From a virus, in IMG/VR virus record IMGVR_UViG_3300044568_002523: a stretch of 64,000 bases of DNA; one strand, written 5' to 3'. This document shows, one piece after another, positions 56,300 to 64,000 of this stretch; within the stretch, counting starts at the first letter, position 1; the number at the start of each line of letters is the position of its first letter. The notes under the pieces are model-generated. The model had not been told where the DNA came from. It was given only the letters and a program-made list of their open reading frames with translations, and ran no database searches. Both the position numbers and the translations under genes were made by a program.

Positions 56300-56892
56300 T
56301 GAAAGAGTTAATTAAAAAGATATTGAGAGAGGAAGTTCAAAAGAGATTTATAAAATCTAATCAGAGTTTTGAGCGTCTTATTATTAAACAAATGGAATCT
56401 TTAATATCCGAAACAAATAGAGTTGTTGTTCCACCTGAAGAAAATTATGGAAACTTTAGTGAGGAGTGGTGTAAAGGTGATAAAATTATTATGCAGGCAA
56501 GATACTTTTTCAGTAGTGAAGATAGTGATGAAGAAAAGTTTTTTGCTGGTGATTTATATGTTAATAAAGAAGAAATTGATTTTCTATCTCAAATGTTACA
56601 GGTTAGAAAACCCTATTTACTTAATGTAATTACCGAATGGTATGATGAGAAATACGCTACTAAGTTTGGTCAAGAAACCGGACACCCGGAATTGGAGATT
56701 GATGAGACTCACGAAACTGATAGTGACTATAAATGTTATAAAATGATTAACACTTCAAACCTAAGTAGAGAATATATGATTGATTATCTTGACACAAATA
56801 CTTTATATAAACTTAGTGAATTGGAAAAACTACCTGATGATGAGTTAGAAAGAAGATACCGAAGTGTTTATAATATCCAATTAAATAAATAA
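56299..56892 (+). CDS. MKELIKKILREE-family protein (array member 3)
   Basis: 197 aa with ATGA overlap. Confidence 0.55.
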   Translation: MKELIKKILREEVQKRFIKSNQSFERLIIKQMESLISETNRVVVPPEENYGNFSEEWCKGDKIIMQARYFFSSEDSDEEKFFAGDLYVNKEEIDFLSQMLQVRKPYLLNVITEWYDEKYATKFGQETGHPELEIDETHETDSDYKCYKMINTSNLSREYMIDYLDTNTLYKLSELEKLPDDELERRYRSVYNIQLNK

Positions 56893-57194
56893 TGAAAGTA
56901 TTAATAAAGGAAAGTAAGTATAATAATTTAATTGAGAACTATATTCTTGATGGTTATCCTGTGGTTAAAAATGTAACATTTTCAACAAAGGATGTTTATT
57001 TAGCTAGTGGGGATAAAAGTGAGAGAAGAACAATCCAAAGAACCATAATTATTATTCATCTTATTAGTGGTCAGATGACACACAGCCCAACTTGGACTAT
57101 GAAAGAAATCAGAAATGATATTAATCGGATGTTTGGTTTAGGTATTGAGCAACCGGGTTCACATTGGGGGATTGATTATAAAATACATAATTAA
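56892..57194 (+). CDS. MKVLIKE-family small protein (array member 4)
   Basis: 100 aa with ATGA overlap. Confidence 0.5.
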   Translation: MKVLIKESKYNNLIENYILDGYPVVKNVTFSTKDVYLASGDKSERRTIQRTIIIIHLISGQMTHSPTWTMKEIRNDINRMFGLGIEQPGSHWGIDYKIHN

Positions 57195-57199
57195 ACAGA

Positions 57200-57529
57200 A
57201 TGAAAATACTAATTACAGAAAATAAAAGGGATATGTTATTTAAAGCAGAGTTTAAAACTCTGTTTGATAAATTAACTCCAACAAGAGCCGGACGCACCGA
57301 GAACATTATCTACATCTACTTTGATGAGGTATATGATGATGATGCGGTTACAGGATTAGTATATAGACCAAGTAATCGTCAATTAATTATATATCCGAAT
57401 TACTTTATGAGTTTAAGAATGTTTGTTACATCTGAAGAAGAACTTGAGGAAATGATAAAGATATGTTTTGAGGAATTAACTAATAAACACGTAATATATT
57501 CTGAGATATGGATAGATAATTATTTATGA
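57200..57529 (+). CDS. MKILITE-family small protein (array member 5)
   Basis: 109-aa ORF. Confidence 0.55.
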   Translation: MKILITENKRDMLFKAEFKTLFDKLTPTRAGRTENIIYIYFDEVYDDDAVTGLVYRPSNRQLIIYPNYFMSLRMFVTSEEELEEMIKICFEELTNKHVIYSEIWIDNYL

Positions 57530-57834
57530 AAATATTAATAACTGAAGATAGAAGATACCAATTAGCCTACAAGATATTAGATGATATTTTGAATGGATTG
57601 ACTCGTGAGGATTATGATGAAAACAAAGATATATTGTTTGAAGATAAAGATGGTGAATTGGTTATGGTGTTTCAGGAAATGAAAAATACTTTATATGTTT
57701 TAAGAGATGCGCTTTGTAGTTTAAAAGTATTTTCATTTGATGATGAGGAACTACATAGATTAATTTGGAGGTGGTTTAAAGATAGAATTGGTGTAGAGGC
57801 TGAAGATGTTTATTTAGTTAATGATTTTATTTAA
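57526..57834 (+). CDS. MKILITE-family small protein (array member 6)
   Basis: 102 aa with ATGA overlap. Confidence 0.55.
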   Translation: MKILITEDRRYQLAYKILDDILNGLTREDYDENKDILFEDKDGELVMVFQEMKNTLYVLRDALCSLKVFSFDDEELHRLIWRWFKDRIGVEAEDVYLVNDFI

Positions 57835-58034
57835 ATGTCCGTTATTCTAAACAAAAAAACAATAATGTCCATAATAACGGACATTTACATTTATTCCTAC
57901 GTAAAAGTGTAATCAATAAATATATTTCATTTGCATAACACCACACAATGTGTAGTATTGCGTGAATGAAATATATTACCAATCATCATAATATAAACCC
58001 CAATTTATGAGGTCTATCCTACCACAAAAGGTAA

Positions 58035-58331
58035 TTACTTCATATTCTTTAAGACAGCTTCCAACATATCAATAGATATCTTATCCTGTTTGGTTTTTGC
58101 AGGTTTTTTCTTGAGATATTCCAATGATTCAATCATCTCTTGTTTTTTATCTATAGGTTTAAGAGGAGAGTTAGGAACGTTGATTGGTTTTTTAACAACT
58201 TCCATAGGTTTATCTTTGTAGATGATGGTTGTGGATTCACCAACCATTGCGAGAATGTCCTGAGCGGTTTTTTCCGCTACGGATTTAATCAATTTCTTAT
58301 AATCTTTCTTGGTTAATTTTATTGTTTTCAT
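58035..58331 (-). CDS. hypothetical Lys-rich protein
   Basis: 98-aa minus-strand ORF. Confidence 0.5.
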   Translation of the reverse strand: MKTIKLTKKDYKKLIKSVAEKTAQDILAMVGESTTIIYKDKPMEVVKKPINVPNSPLKPIDKKQEMIESLEYLKKKPAKTKQDKISIDMLEAVLKNMK

Positions 58332-58366
58332 ATTTCAAAGATACAACATATTTTTTGTTCCCACAA

Positions 58367-58375
58367 GATATTTAT
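58367..58375 (+). promoter_or_regulatory. GATATTTAT class 2 element
   Basis: Lies 4 nt upstream of the ATG at 58380. Confidence 0.45.
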
Positions 58376-58379
58376 CACT

Positions 58380-58787
58380 ATGGATATACAGGAAAACATA
58401 TATAGAATTAAACAATTAATGACTGAAGGTAAGGACGCTTACGTTGAAAGAGCTCGTTATGACCAAGAGTATGAGGAAGAATATCCAAAATGGAAAAAAT
58501 CTATAATTAAGCTTTTAGAGATGGAAATAGATTCAATGGCGGAAATTAACAATGGTAAAATAATAGTTTTACTTAATGGGAAAAACCTTGACAAAAATTT
58601 AATGAAATATGATAAAATAAATGAAAGATTATGGTATGATTATTCCTTACAAGAAAATTTGGAAGGGTATATACCATACGGTTATTTATCAAGACATTTT
58701 AAATACGCGGTTCAGGACTTCTTCAAAAAACATTTCCCGAATTATGGTGTTAGAGAACTAACGGCTGCGAGTTTAGTAAGTTACTAA
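58380..58787 (+). CDS. hypothetical protein with MDIQENIYRIKQLM N-terminal motif
   Basis: 135-aa ORF. Confidence 0.5.
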   Translation: MDIQENIYRIKQLMTEGKDAYVERARYDQEYEEEYPKWKKSIIKLLEMEIDSMAEINNGKIIVLLNGKNLDKNLMKYDKINERLWYDYSLQENLEGYIPYGYLSRHFKYAVQDFFKKHFPNYGVRELTAASLVSY

Positions 58788-58827
58788 TGAAAGTAGATTA
58801 GAGAAAGCGATTACCGATTATTTGGAT

Positions 58828-58930
58828 GTTGTTGTCACCTATAATTTGTAATGTTCCTCCACCCTAAAATATTTGTGCAAACTTGTACTAGCAGTTGTTG
58901 TCACCTCTAATTTGTAATGTTCCTCCACCC
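58828..58930 (-). repeat. 66-bp-period tandem repeat x2 (reverse complement of the 49531 repeat core)
   Basis: Copies at 58828-58864 and 58894-58930. The gene's stop codon (TAG) is created by a single substitution in the distal copy. Confidence 0.8.
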
Positions 58931-59168
58931 ATTCCTTTGTTAGGTCTTGTATTTCCTCGTATTCTAACCCAAAAAAGGATTTTAAAAATGACCAAATTTT
59001 ATTATAAGAAATATAAATATACTCATTTTTTTTATTGTAATCAAAAATAAGTTCCCCATCTTTCATAAAGAAAATGTAATCCGGATATTTCTCCGTTTCA
59101 AATTGTTCCAACTCCGGATATTCGGAGTTTAGATATTTGATTATTTTATTTTTAAGATTGTCTGTCAT
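58839..59168 (-). CDS. paralog of 49276-49582 (…ETEKYPDYIFF…WSFLKSFFGLEYEEIQDLTKEWVEEHYKL) on the opposite strand
   Basis: 109 aa, with a clear protein-level and about 75% nucleotide-level match to 49276-49582 over the 3' half. Confidence 0.55.
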   Translation of the reverse strand: MTDNLKNKIIKYLNSEYPELEQFETEKYPDYIFFMKDGELIFDYNKKNEYIYISYNKIWSFLKSFFGLEYEEIQDLTKEWVEEHYKLEVTTTASTSLHKYFRVEEHYKL

Positions 59169-59264
59169 TATATTCCTTTTTGGTTAATTTTATTTTTTTC
59201 ATAGGGCAAACATACAATAATAATTTAAGTTGACAAAATTATTTCGAATGATTATTATTGTTGT

Positions 59265-59513
59265 ATGAGAATTAAAGCGATATATAAGAAAAACTTAAAG
59301 ATGAGTGAGGGTAAAGTGGCGGCACAGATTGCTCACGCAGTTAAGAATTTGGGGATAACACCGGTTGATAGTGATATCATAGTATTAAAGGTGTCAGATA
59401 AGAAGTTTGATGAGTTAACATCACAGAATGATTGTTATATTCAAACAGATAAAGGTATGACCGAGGTGGAATCAGGAACACAAACCGCAGCGGCTTGGAT
59501 TGAGATACAATAA
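59265..59513 (+). CDS. PTH2-family peptidyl-tRNA hydrolase-like protein
   Basis: KMSEGKVAAQIAHA, IIVLKV and DKGMTEVESGTQTAAAW match the Pth2 core motifs (KMGKGKIAAQCAHA…VVLKV…DAG.T.I.PGT.T). Confidence 0.65.
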   Translation: MRIKAIYKKNLKMSEGKVAAQIAHAVKNLGITPVDSDIIVLKVSDKKFDELTSQNDCYIQTDKGMTEVESGTQTAAAWIEIQ

Positions 59514-59821
59514 TGGCAAATTTTAGTAAAGAATATATTGAGAAGTATTTCCCGGAATGGTGTTACGACTTCTCGGTATATGATATGTTCAACGAGATAG
59601 AGGAAGGACATTATAGAAGTAAAATCTGTGAAGGGTTTGGTTTTGTTGGTGTATCAAATAATAATGGAATATGTGAGGTTGCTTTCTTAACTGATAAAGA
59701 TGAAAGTGGTGTGGTATGGGTTCCATTTGATGAGGTGGATAATCAAACTTATAAACAATATAAATACTATGGACTTAAACAAAGAACTAACAAAAATGAA
59801 AAGTATGATGGGATTAAATGA
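59513..59821 (+). CDS. hypothetical protein
   Basis: 102 aa with ATGA overlap. Confidence 0.5.
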   Translation: MANFSKEYIEKYFPEWCYDFSVYDMFNEIEEGHYRSKICEGFGFVGVSNNNGICEVAFLTDKDESGVVWVPFDEVDNQTYKQYKYYGLKQRTNKNEKYDGIK

Positions 59822-60335
59822 GAATAAACAAACATATCCCTATTCTTGTGTAATGTTATACTTTAATCCGGATGCGGTTACTGAACTACACAATAAAATA
59901 AACCCTGAAGATTTATATGTGGAGGAAGATGGATTTGGTTTAGAACCGGAATCACATTGTACATTACTATACGGATTACACGACAACGAGGTAACACCGG
60001 AACAAATAGAACAAATCTTAGGTAACAAAACCTTTACAACTTGTAAGGCACACAACCTATCTTGTTTCAACAATCCAAAGTATGATGTGTTAAAATATGA
60101 TATCGTGGGGGACAATCTAAGTGAAACAAATGAGGAGTTAAAACAATTCCCATTCACAAGTGATTACCCTGACTATCATCCACATATGACCATTGCATAT
60201 CTTAAACCGGGCAAAGGTAAGGAATATATTGATATGTTGGGTAAAGACCACAAAGAAATGTGGATGTCACCACAACACGCAGTCTATTCAAGAACAAATG
60301 GGGGGAAATTAAAAATTCCTGTAAGAATAGATTAA
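59796..60335 (+). CDS. 2H phosphoesterase superfamily protein (LigT/cyclic phosphodiesterase-like)
   Basis: Two H-x-T-x motifs (SHCTLLY and PHMTIAY) about 85 aa apart. Start is approximate (alternatives 59769 and 59796). Confidence 0.65.
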   Translation: MKSMMGLNENKQTYPYSCVMLYFNPDAVTELHNKINPEDLYVEEDGFGLEPESHCTLLYGLHDNEVTPEQIEQILGNKTFTTCKAHNLSCFNNPKYDVLKYDIVGDNLSETNEELKQFPFTSDYPDYHPHMTIAYLKPGKGKEYIDMLGKDHKEMWMSPQHAVYSRTNGGKLKIPVRID

Positions 60336-60340
60336 ATAAA

Positions 60341-60371
60341 TTTGGTGGATTAAAAAATAGTATTATCTTTG
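60341..60371 (+). promoter_or_regulatory. Bacteroidetes-type promoter (TTTG-N19-TATCTTTG)
   Basis: AAATTTGGTGG…TATCTTTGTACCC is near-identical to the promoter at 44799. The ATG at 60400 follows. Confidence 0.6.
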
Positions 60372-60399
60372 TACCCAATATTAATTAAAATATAAAATT

Positions 60400-60915
60400 A
60401 TGATTTCTGAAGGACAGTTTTTGATTGGGTTAATTGTGATATTAACAATTGGTTTATCGGTATTATTTTATAAATGGGCATCGTTTGAGGGTGTACCTGT
60501 GATTCTCACATTTTTATGTGGTTTTTTAGGTTCATTGATATTAACAATGGTTATTTTTCCCACCATTAGATGGGTAGATTCAGATACTACAGAGTATTAT
60601 TCCAGAAGAGCAAACATCACATCAATAAAGAATAGTAATGAGGTTGGTGGTAGTTTTACGTTGGGTTGTGGTACAATAGAGCAAACAGAGTATTACTACT
60701 ACTATTACAAATCAGTTGATGGTTATGTAAGAGGTAAGAAACCGGTTAATGAAACATTCATTGTTGAGGATGGTTCGGACAAACCACACGTTGAGGTTAA
60801 GATGACACATTTTGAATCAAAGTCGGGGTTATTCACCTATCACGATGAGGAAAATAGTAAGTATAAGATAGTTGTTCCAAAGGGAACTGTTGTTAACAAA
60901 TTTGAGGTATATTAA
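60400..60915 (+). CDS. membrane protein (2 N-terminal TM segments)
   Basis: 171-aa ORF. Confidence 0.5.
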   Translation: MISEGQFLIGLIVILTIGLSVLFYKWASFEGVPVILTFLCGFLGSLILTMVIFPTIRWVDSDTTEYYSRRANITSIKNSNEVGGSFTLGCGTIEQTEYYYYYYKSVDGYVRGKKPVNETFIVEDGSDKPHVEVKMTHFESKSGLFTYHDEENSKYKIVVPKGTVVNKFEVY

Positions 60916-60917
60916 TT

Positions 60918-61532
60918 ATGATAGTAAATACAATTGAGTTCCCACAACCGGTTGGGGTAAAATGTAATATGATGCCATTCATTCAAGGTGATAGTTCATC
61001 ATTACCGGAAGAATACAAATCTTATTCAAAGATAGTCGATGAGAATTATCTTGAGAAAGGTGAGATTGGTTATCTAACTATTGATGAATCATTTGTTGAT
61101 GGTGGAAAAACACAAAGAGGTTATAACTCCAAGGGAATTGACAGAAACGTCCACATCGAAGTCGGAAGATATGAGAATAAAAACCGATGGGGTGGAAGTG
61201 GTGGAGGTTCATCTTGGGGTGGAAGAAACCATACCTTATTAGATGATGGCACGATGGTGTTGATTGCCAACAACATTTCTGATACTTGTAGAGTATGGGA
61301 CACCAAAGAGATGTCGTATACTGACGATGGTGATTTGAGTGAATACATAGATAGATATCCGGAACATACCGGGTTGATGTTAAAATCGGGTGAGGTTGCA
61401 AAGATAAGTATTTTTACACCACACGAGTGTGTTTCACAAAAAGAATCTAAATTCAGACAATTCTTTAGAATTGTTGGTAAAGGTGTTACCGGAAGAGAAG
61501 AATATTTTACGGTTAACCCGTTATTAAATTAA
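60918..61532 (+). CDS. hypothetical protein
   Basis: 204-aa ORF. The antisense ORFs are judged spurious. Confidence 0.5.
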   Translation: MIVNTIEFPQPVGVKCNMMPFIQGDSSSLPEEYKSYSKIVDENYLEKGEIGYLTIDESFVDGGKTQRGYNSKGIDRNVHIEVGRYENKNRWGGSGGGSSWGGRNHTLLDDGTMVLIANNISDTCRVWDTKEMSYTDDGDLSEYIDRYPEHTGLMLKSGEVAKISIFTPHECVSQKESKFRQFFRIVGKGVTGREEYFTVNPLLN

Positions 61533-61534
61533 TT

Positions 61535-61816
61535 ATGGAACTACCAACTGACTACACAAAACTAACCCAATCACAAAGGAGGGAAGTTAGACTACAGTAT
61601 ATCAAGGAACAAAACAATATGTGTATGTATTGTGGTGAGACATTAGATGAGGTTGCTCCAAAGAGAATAACAGACAAACCAATTAATTGGAGGTTATTCC
61701 CGGAGGGTTTCTTACAACATCCAATCCATCTTCAACATTGTCACAAAACCAATATGACAGAAGGTGCGGTCCATAGTTATTGTAATGCCGTTCTATGGCA
61801 ATACGAAGGGAGATAA
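61535..61816 (+). CDS. Endonuclease VII-like (T4 gp49-like) zinc-binding nuclease, tentative
   Basis: CMYCG, HLQHCHKT and G.VHSYCN resemble the Endo VII C..C…H.DH.H…G.V.G.LC..CN pattern. Confidence 0.4.
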   Translation: MELPTDYTKLTQSQRREVRLQYIKEQNNMCMYCGETLDEVAPKRITDKPINWRLFPEGFLQHPIHLQHCHKTNMTEGAVHSYCNAVLWQYEGR

Positions 61817-61825
61817 AATTAAACG

Positions 61826-61852
61826 AGGGAAAGTAATTTTTCCCTTTTTTTT
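61826..61852 (+). terminator. rho-independent terminator
   Basis: AGGGAAA-GTAATT-TTTCCCT followed by T8. Confidence 0.65.
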
Positions 61853-61860
61853 ATATTTAT
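61853..61860 (+). promoter_or_regulatory. ATATTTAT class 2 element
   Basis: Lies 4 nt upstream of the ATG at 61865. Confidence 0.45.
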
Positions 61861-61864
61861 AGTT

Positions 61865-62635
61865 ATGAACTTAAATGAAGATATACAAAGAATAAGACAA
61901 ATTATGATTTCTGAGGAGATGGTTCAATCAGATGCGTGGAAATCAATCAAGAAAACATTAGATATTCTTAAAAAGAAAAAGAAAGTTTTAATCTTAAGTT
62001 GTTCCAATAGATATAATTGGGATGAAAAAAACCTTGACATACCAAAATCAAAAATGATTGCAATGTATCTTAACGATGAGTTAAAAGACTCAGTGTTAAT
62101 TGATGTCTCTGAACTTAATATAGTTCCTTGTGAGGGGAATGTATCAAGAAAAGACGGGAACAGTTGTGGATTACTTAAAGCAATGCTCAAAGATAAGAAA
62201 AAGAATCCATCCGGGGACCATAGATGTTGGGCAAGTTTCAACAACCCAAAGGATGAGTTATGGAAGATATCCAAAGAGTTATTTGAGTCAGACGCGGTTA
62301 TATTCTTTAGTTCAATTAGATGGGGACAAACCAATATGTTCTATCAGAATTTAATTGAGAGATTGACTTGGATTGAGAACAGACACGCAACCTTGGGGGA
62401 ATCAAATATTGTTAAAGACATTGAGACCGGATTCATTTGTGTTGGGCAGAATTGGAATGGTGAGAACGTAACTGAAATACAAAAGAAAGTTCACGAGTTT
62501 TATGGATTCAAACCAAACGATGATTTATATTGGAATTGGCAATATACAAAAAATGTTAATGATGAAACTCAAAAATCATATAAAGCTTCTCATAACAAAT
62601 TTATAAAAGATACTAAATTACCTGAGGATAAATAA
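61865..62635 (+). CDS. flavodoxin-like fold protein (NAD(P)H-dependent FMN reductase-like), tentative; MNLNEDIQRIRQIM N-terminus
   Basis: KKVLILSCSNRYNW and DAVIFFSSIRWGQTNMFYQNLIERL resemble the flavodoxin_2/FMN_red layout. Confidence 0.4.
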   Translation: MNLNEDIQRIRQIMISEEMVQSDAWKSIKKTLDILKKKKKVLILSCSNRYNWDEKNLDIPKSKMIAMYLNDELKDSVLIDVSELNIVPCEGNVSRKDGNSCGLLKAMLKDKKKNPSGDHRCWASFNNPKDELWKISKELFESDAVIFFSSIRWGQTNMFYQNLIERLTWIENRHATLGESNIVKDIETGFICVGQNWNGENVTEIQKKVHEFYGFKPNDDLYWNWQYTKNVNDETQKSYKASHNKFIKDTKLPEDK

Positions 62636-63378
62636 TGAACTTACGACACGACATAAAAAGAATATTAAGAGAGGAATCTAATAAAGATTTAACTCAGGTA
62701 ATCCAAACATTATTAGATGATTTTGTTGATGACCACAAAAACGTTCTTTGTAAGGCTGAGGTTAAACATCCTGATAAGAGAACCAAACTACCACATTCGG
62801 ATAATGTTTATGAGAATTACAGAGCAACATTTTATTTAATTGGTGGGTATAAGAGTGATAATTGGTTAGCAACACTATCAGTAAGACGTGCGTTTGATGA
62901 TTTAATGAATGAAGCATGGGATTTGGTTTATAATTACACCGGAAAACCATTAGATATGTTTACCAAATATGTAGACAATTGTGATGATATAATACAGGAG
63001 AACAAAGACAGTAGTATTCCCAATATGATTAAAACTTTCGGGGTTTCTGATGTCATTAAGTATTCCGGGAATTATTATACAATTGAGCCATACTTAAAAG
63101 TGGTTGATAAGGTTAATTTTATTAAAGAGAAAGTTAGAGAATTAAGTGATGATGAGGAATTTTTTGGTATTGGTTTATACGAGATAAATGAAGAGCCACT
63201 TCATTATAGTGACGAAGATGGGGAGGAACATCAGATAGAATGGTTAGGACTAACAAGTGTTGATGTTAGTGTATATGAAGATGAGTATAGTGGTCATTTA
63301 AGGGACTATTATGTTAAGTATGAAAGTTTACCTGTGCAAATAATTGAGGAATTGGTTGAGATATTATTAAACCACTAA
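62635..63378 (+). CDS. hypothetical protein with MNLRHDIKRILREE N-terminal motif
   Basis: 247 aa with ATGA overlap. Confidence 0.5.
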   Translation: MNLRHDIKRILREESNKDLTQVIQTLLDDFVDDHKNVLCKAEVKHPDKRTKLPHSDNVYENYRATFYLIGGYKSDNWLATLSVRRAFDDLMNEAWDLVYNYTGKPLDMFTKYVDNCDDIIQENKDSSIPNMIKTFGVSDVIKYSGNYYTIEPYLKVVDKVNFIKEKVRELSDDEEFFGIGLYEINEEPLHYSDEDGEEHQIEWLGLTSVDVSVYEDEYSGHLRDYYVKYESLPVQIIEELVEILLNH

Positions 63379-63381
63379 GAT

Positions 63382-63864
63382 ATGAACTTACACGAGAATA
63401 TATATAGAATTAAAACTTTAATGGTTGAGGACAAGAGTATTTCCAATATGGTTAAAACTTTGGGATTATATGATGCCATCCGTTATTTTGGTGGGTATGA
63501 AAATCTTAAAAGTATGATTGGGGATAATGATATTAAAAATGTGATATTAAATAGTGTAATCTCAAAAAAAGATAAGGTTGAATTAATTAAACAACTTGTG
63601 AAGGAGATTAATGAATCGTTGGGTAATCAACCGGATGAAGGATTTTGGTTTGACGATTTAGGTAAAGACCCACTTGATGTTGACCCAAGTTTTGTTTATG
63701 ATGATGAAATAACCCTTATACAGATTGAGTTATTTTACCTTAACGTGGTTGTTATGTATTATTATGGTGGGGAGAATAACTCGCGAGAAATGGGTAATAC
63801 TGATGAATATTATGACTATTTACCTGAGAGTATATTAGACAGTATAATTGAGTATTTATTATAA
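63382..63864 (+). CDS. hypothetical protein with MNLHENIYRIKTLM N-terminal motif
   Basis: 160-aa ORF. Confidence 0.5.
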   Translation: MNLHENIYRIKTLMVEDKSISNMVKTLGLYDAIRYFGGYENLKSMIGDNDIKNVILNSVISKKDKVELIKQLVKEINESLGNQPDEGFWFDDLGKDPLDVDPSFVYDDEITLIQIELFYLNVVVMYYYGGENNSREMGNTDEYYDYLPESILDSIIEYLL

Positions 63865-64000
63865 CAAACCGGTTTGTGTTTAGATTCACTACAGATGGGG
63901 ACAACTTTTACGAATACTCATAACCGTTGGGGTTAATATTCTCTATTCATAATAATTATATTTCGGACCATCTTATTTTGGCCACGATTTCGTCCTCAAT

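Noticed and set aside
5445-62950. Other embedded or antisense ORFs from the track: 5445-5771, 6190-6435, 7358-7633, 8321-8515, 9068-9331, 10357-10566, 10788-10991, 14108-14305, 14504-14689, 17459-17776, 20578-20760, 23537-23959, 26188-26436, 31020-31211, 31460-31672, 33601-33837, 36273-36470, 36869-37236, 39436-39702, 43901-44222, 45386-45913, 47898-48086, 50367-50624, 54360-54560, 55307-55585, 56423-56629, 57121-57306, 59840-60157, 61078-61401, 61924-62334, 62130-62354, 62762-62950
   Set aside because: Each overlaps a longer ORF that has recognisable motifs or fits the compact plus-strand operon structure. None has its own promoter or terminator signal or a recognisable motif.
1-64000. Search for tRNA genes and CRISPR arrays
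   Set aside because: No cloverleaf-compatible segments with GTTC-type T-arm and acceptor-stem pairing were seen in the intergenic regions, and no regularly spaced repeat-spacer arrays. The tandem repeats present have 40- or 66-bp periods without unique spacers of CRISPR type. tRNAscan-SE or a CRISPR finder would be needed for a definitive answer.
63956-64000. Possible 3' end of a minus-strand gene running off the window (…IEDEIVAKIRWSEI*), preceded by the palindrome CAAACCGGTTTG at 63865-63876
   Set aside because: Only 14 codons are visible, which is too short to separate from chance. It needs the flanking sequence.

Overview
AT-rich (about 30% GC) segment from the non-structural (early/accessory) region of a large dsDNA bacteriophage, read from sequence only with no database search. 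About 110 short, tightly packed genes lie mostly on the + strand, often with ATGA/TAATG stop-start overlaps. There are a few minus-strand islands at 3965-5026, 13747-14391, 21671-22489, 36019-37964, 39807-40466, 41045-41863, 42416-42907, 52367-52945, 58035-58331 and 58839-59168. No capsid, portal or terminase genes, tRNAs or CRISPR arrays were recognised. Transcription signals point to a Bacteroidetes (Flavobacteriia-type) host: at least ten promoters match the sigma-A(Bacteroidetes) architecture TTTG-N19/20-TAnnTTTG, most with the identical -7 box TATCTTTG, and there are many canonical rho-independent terminators. A second conserved motif, (G)ATATTTAT, sits 3-4 nt (or 13-16 nt as GATATTTATAAATAAAA) upstream of a different set of start codons. 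Recognisable functions: SbcC/Rad50-like ATPase, a convergent restriction-modification-like gene pair (PD-(D/E)xK nuclease plus gamma-class N6A methyltransferase) with two further DNA methyltransferases (Dam-like and N4/N6 beta-class), a phage sigma-70 family factor, full-length DnaJ, Amidase_2 endolysin with holin/spanin-like membrane genes, thioredoxin plus NrdH-like glutaredoxin, DUF3310, peptidoglycan-binding protein, DHH-DHHA1 phosphoesterase, DUF192, Nudix hydrolase, ferritin-like protein, dTDP-glucose 4,6-dehydratase-like SDR, GT2 glycosyltransferase, HNH endonuclease, RHH protein, HD phosphohydrolase, SPFH/band-7 protein, LpxH-like metallophosphoesterase, T5orf172 domain protein, PTH2-like peptidyl-tRNA hydrolase, 2H (LigT-like) phosphoesterase, Endo VII-like nuclease, a flavodoxin-like protein and a Bacteroidetes histone H1-like small protein. 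The most striking unexplained feature is a family of more than 20 otherwise unrelated genes that share a short N-terminal peptide (MKILITE / MKELIKKILREE / MNLxxxIxRIxxLM) and largely share the ATATTTAT start-proximal element, including a tandem array of six at 55621-57834. Also notable are a promoter-to-terminator transcript with no ORF at about 52184-52365, 40-bp and 66-bp tandem repeat arrays, and inverted paralogs with decaying 66-bp 3' repeats flanking a 9.3-kb segment.
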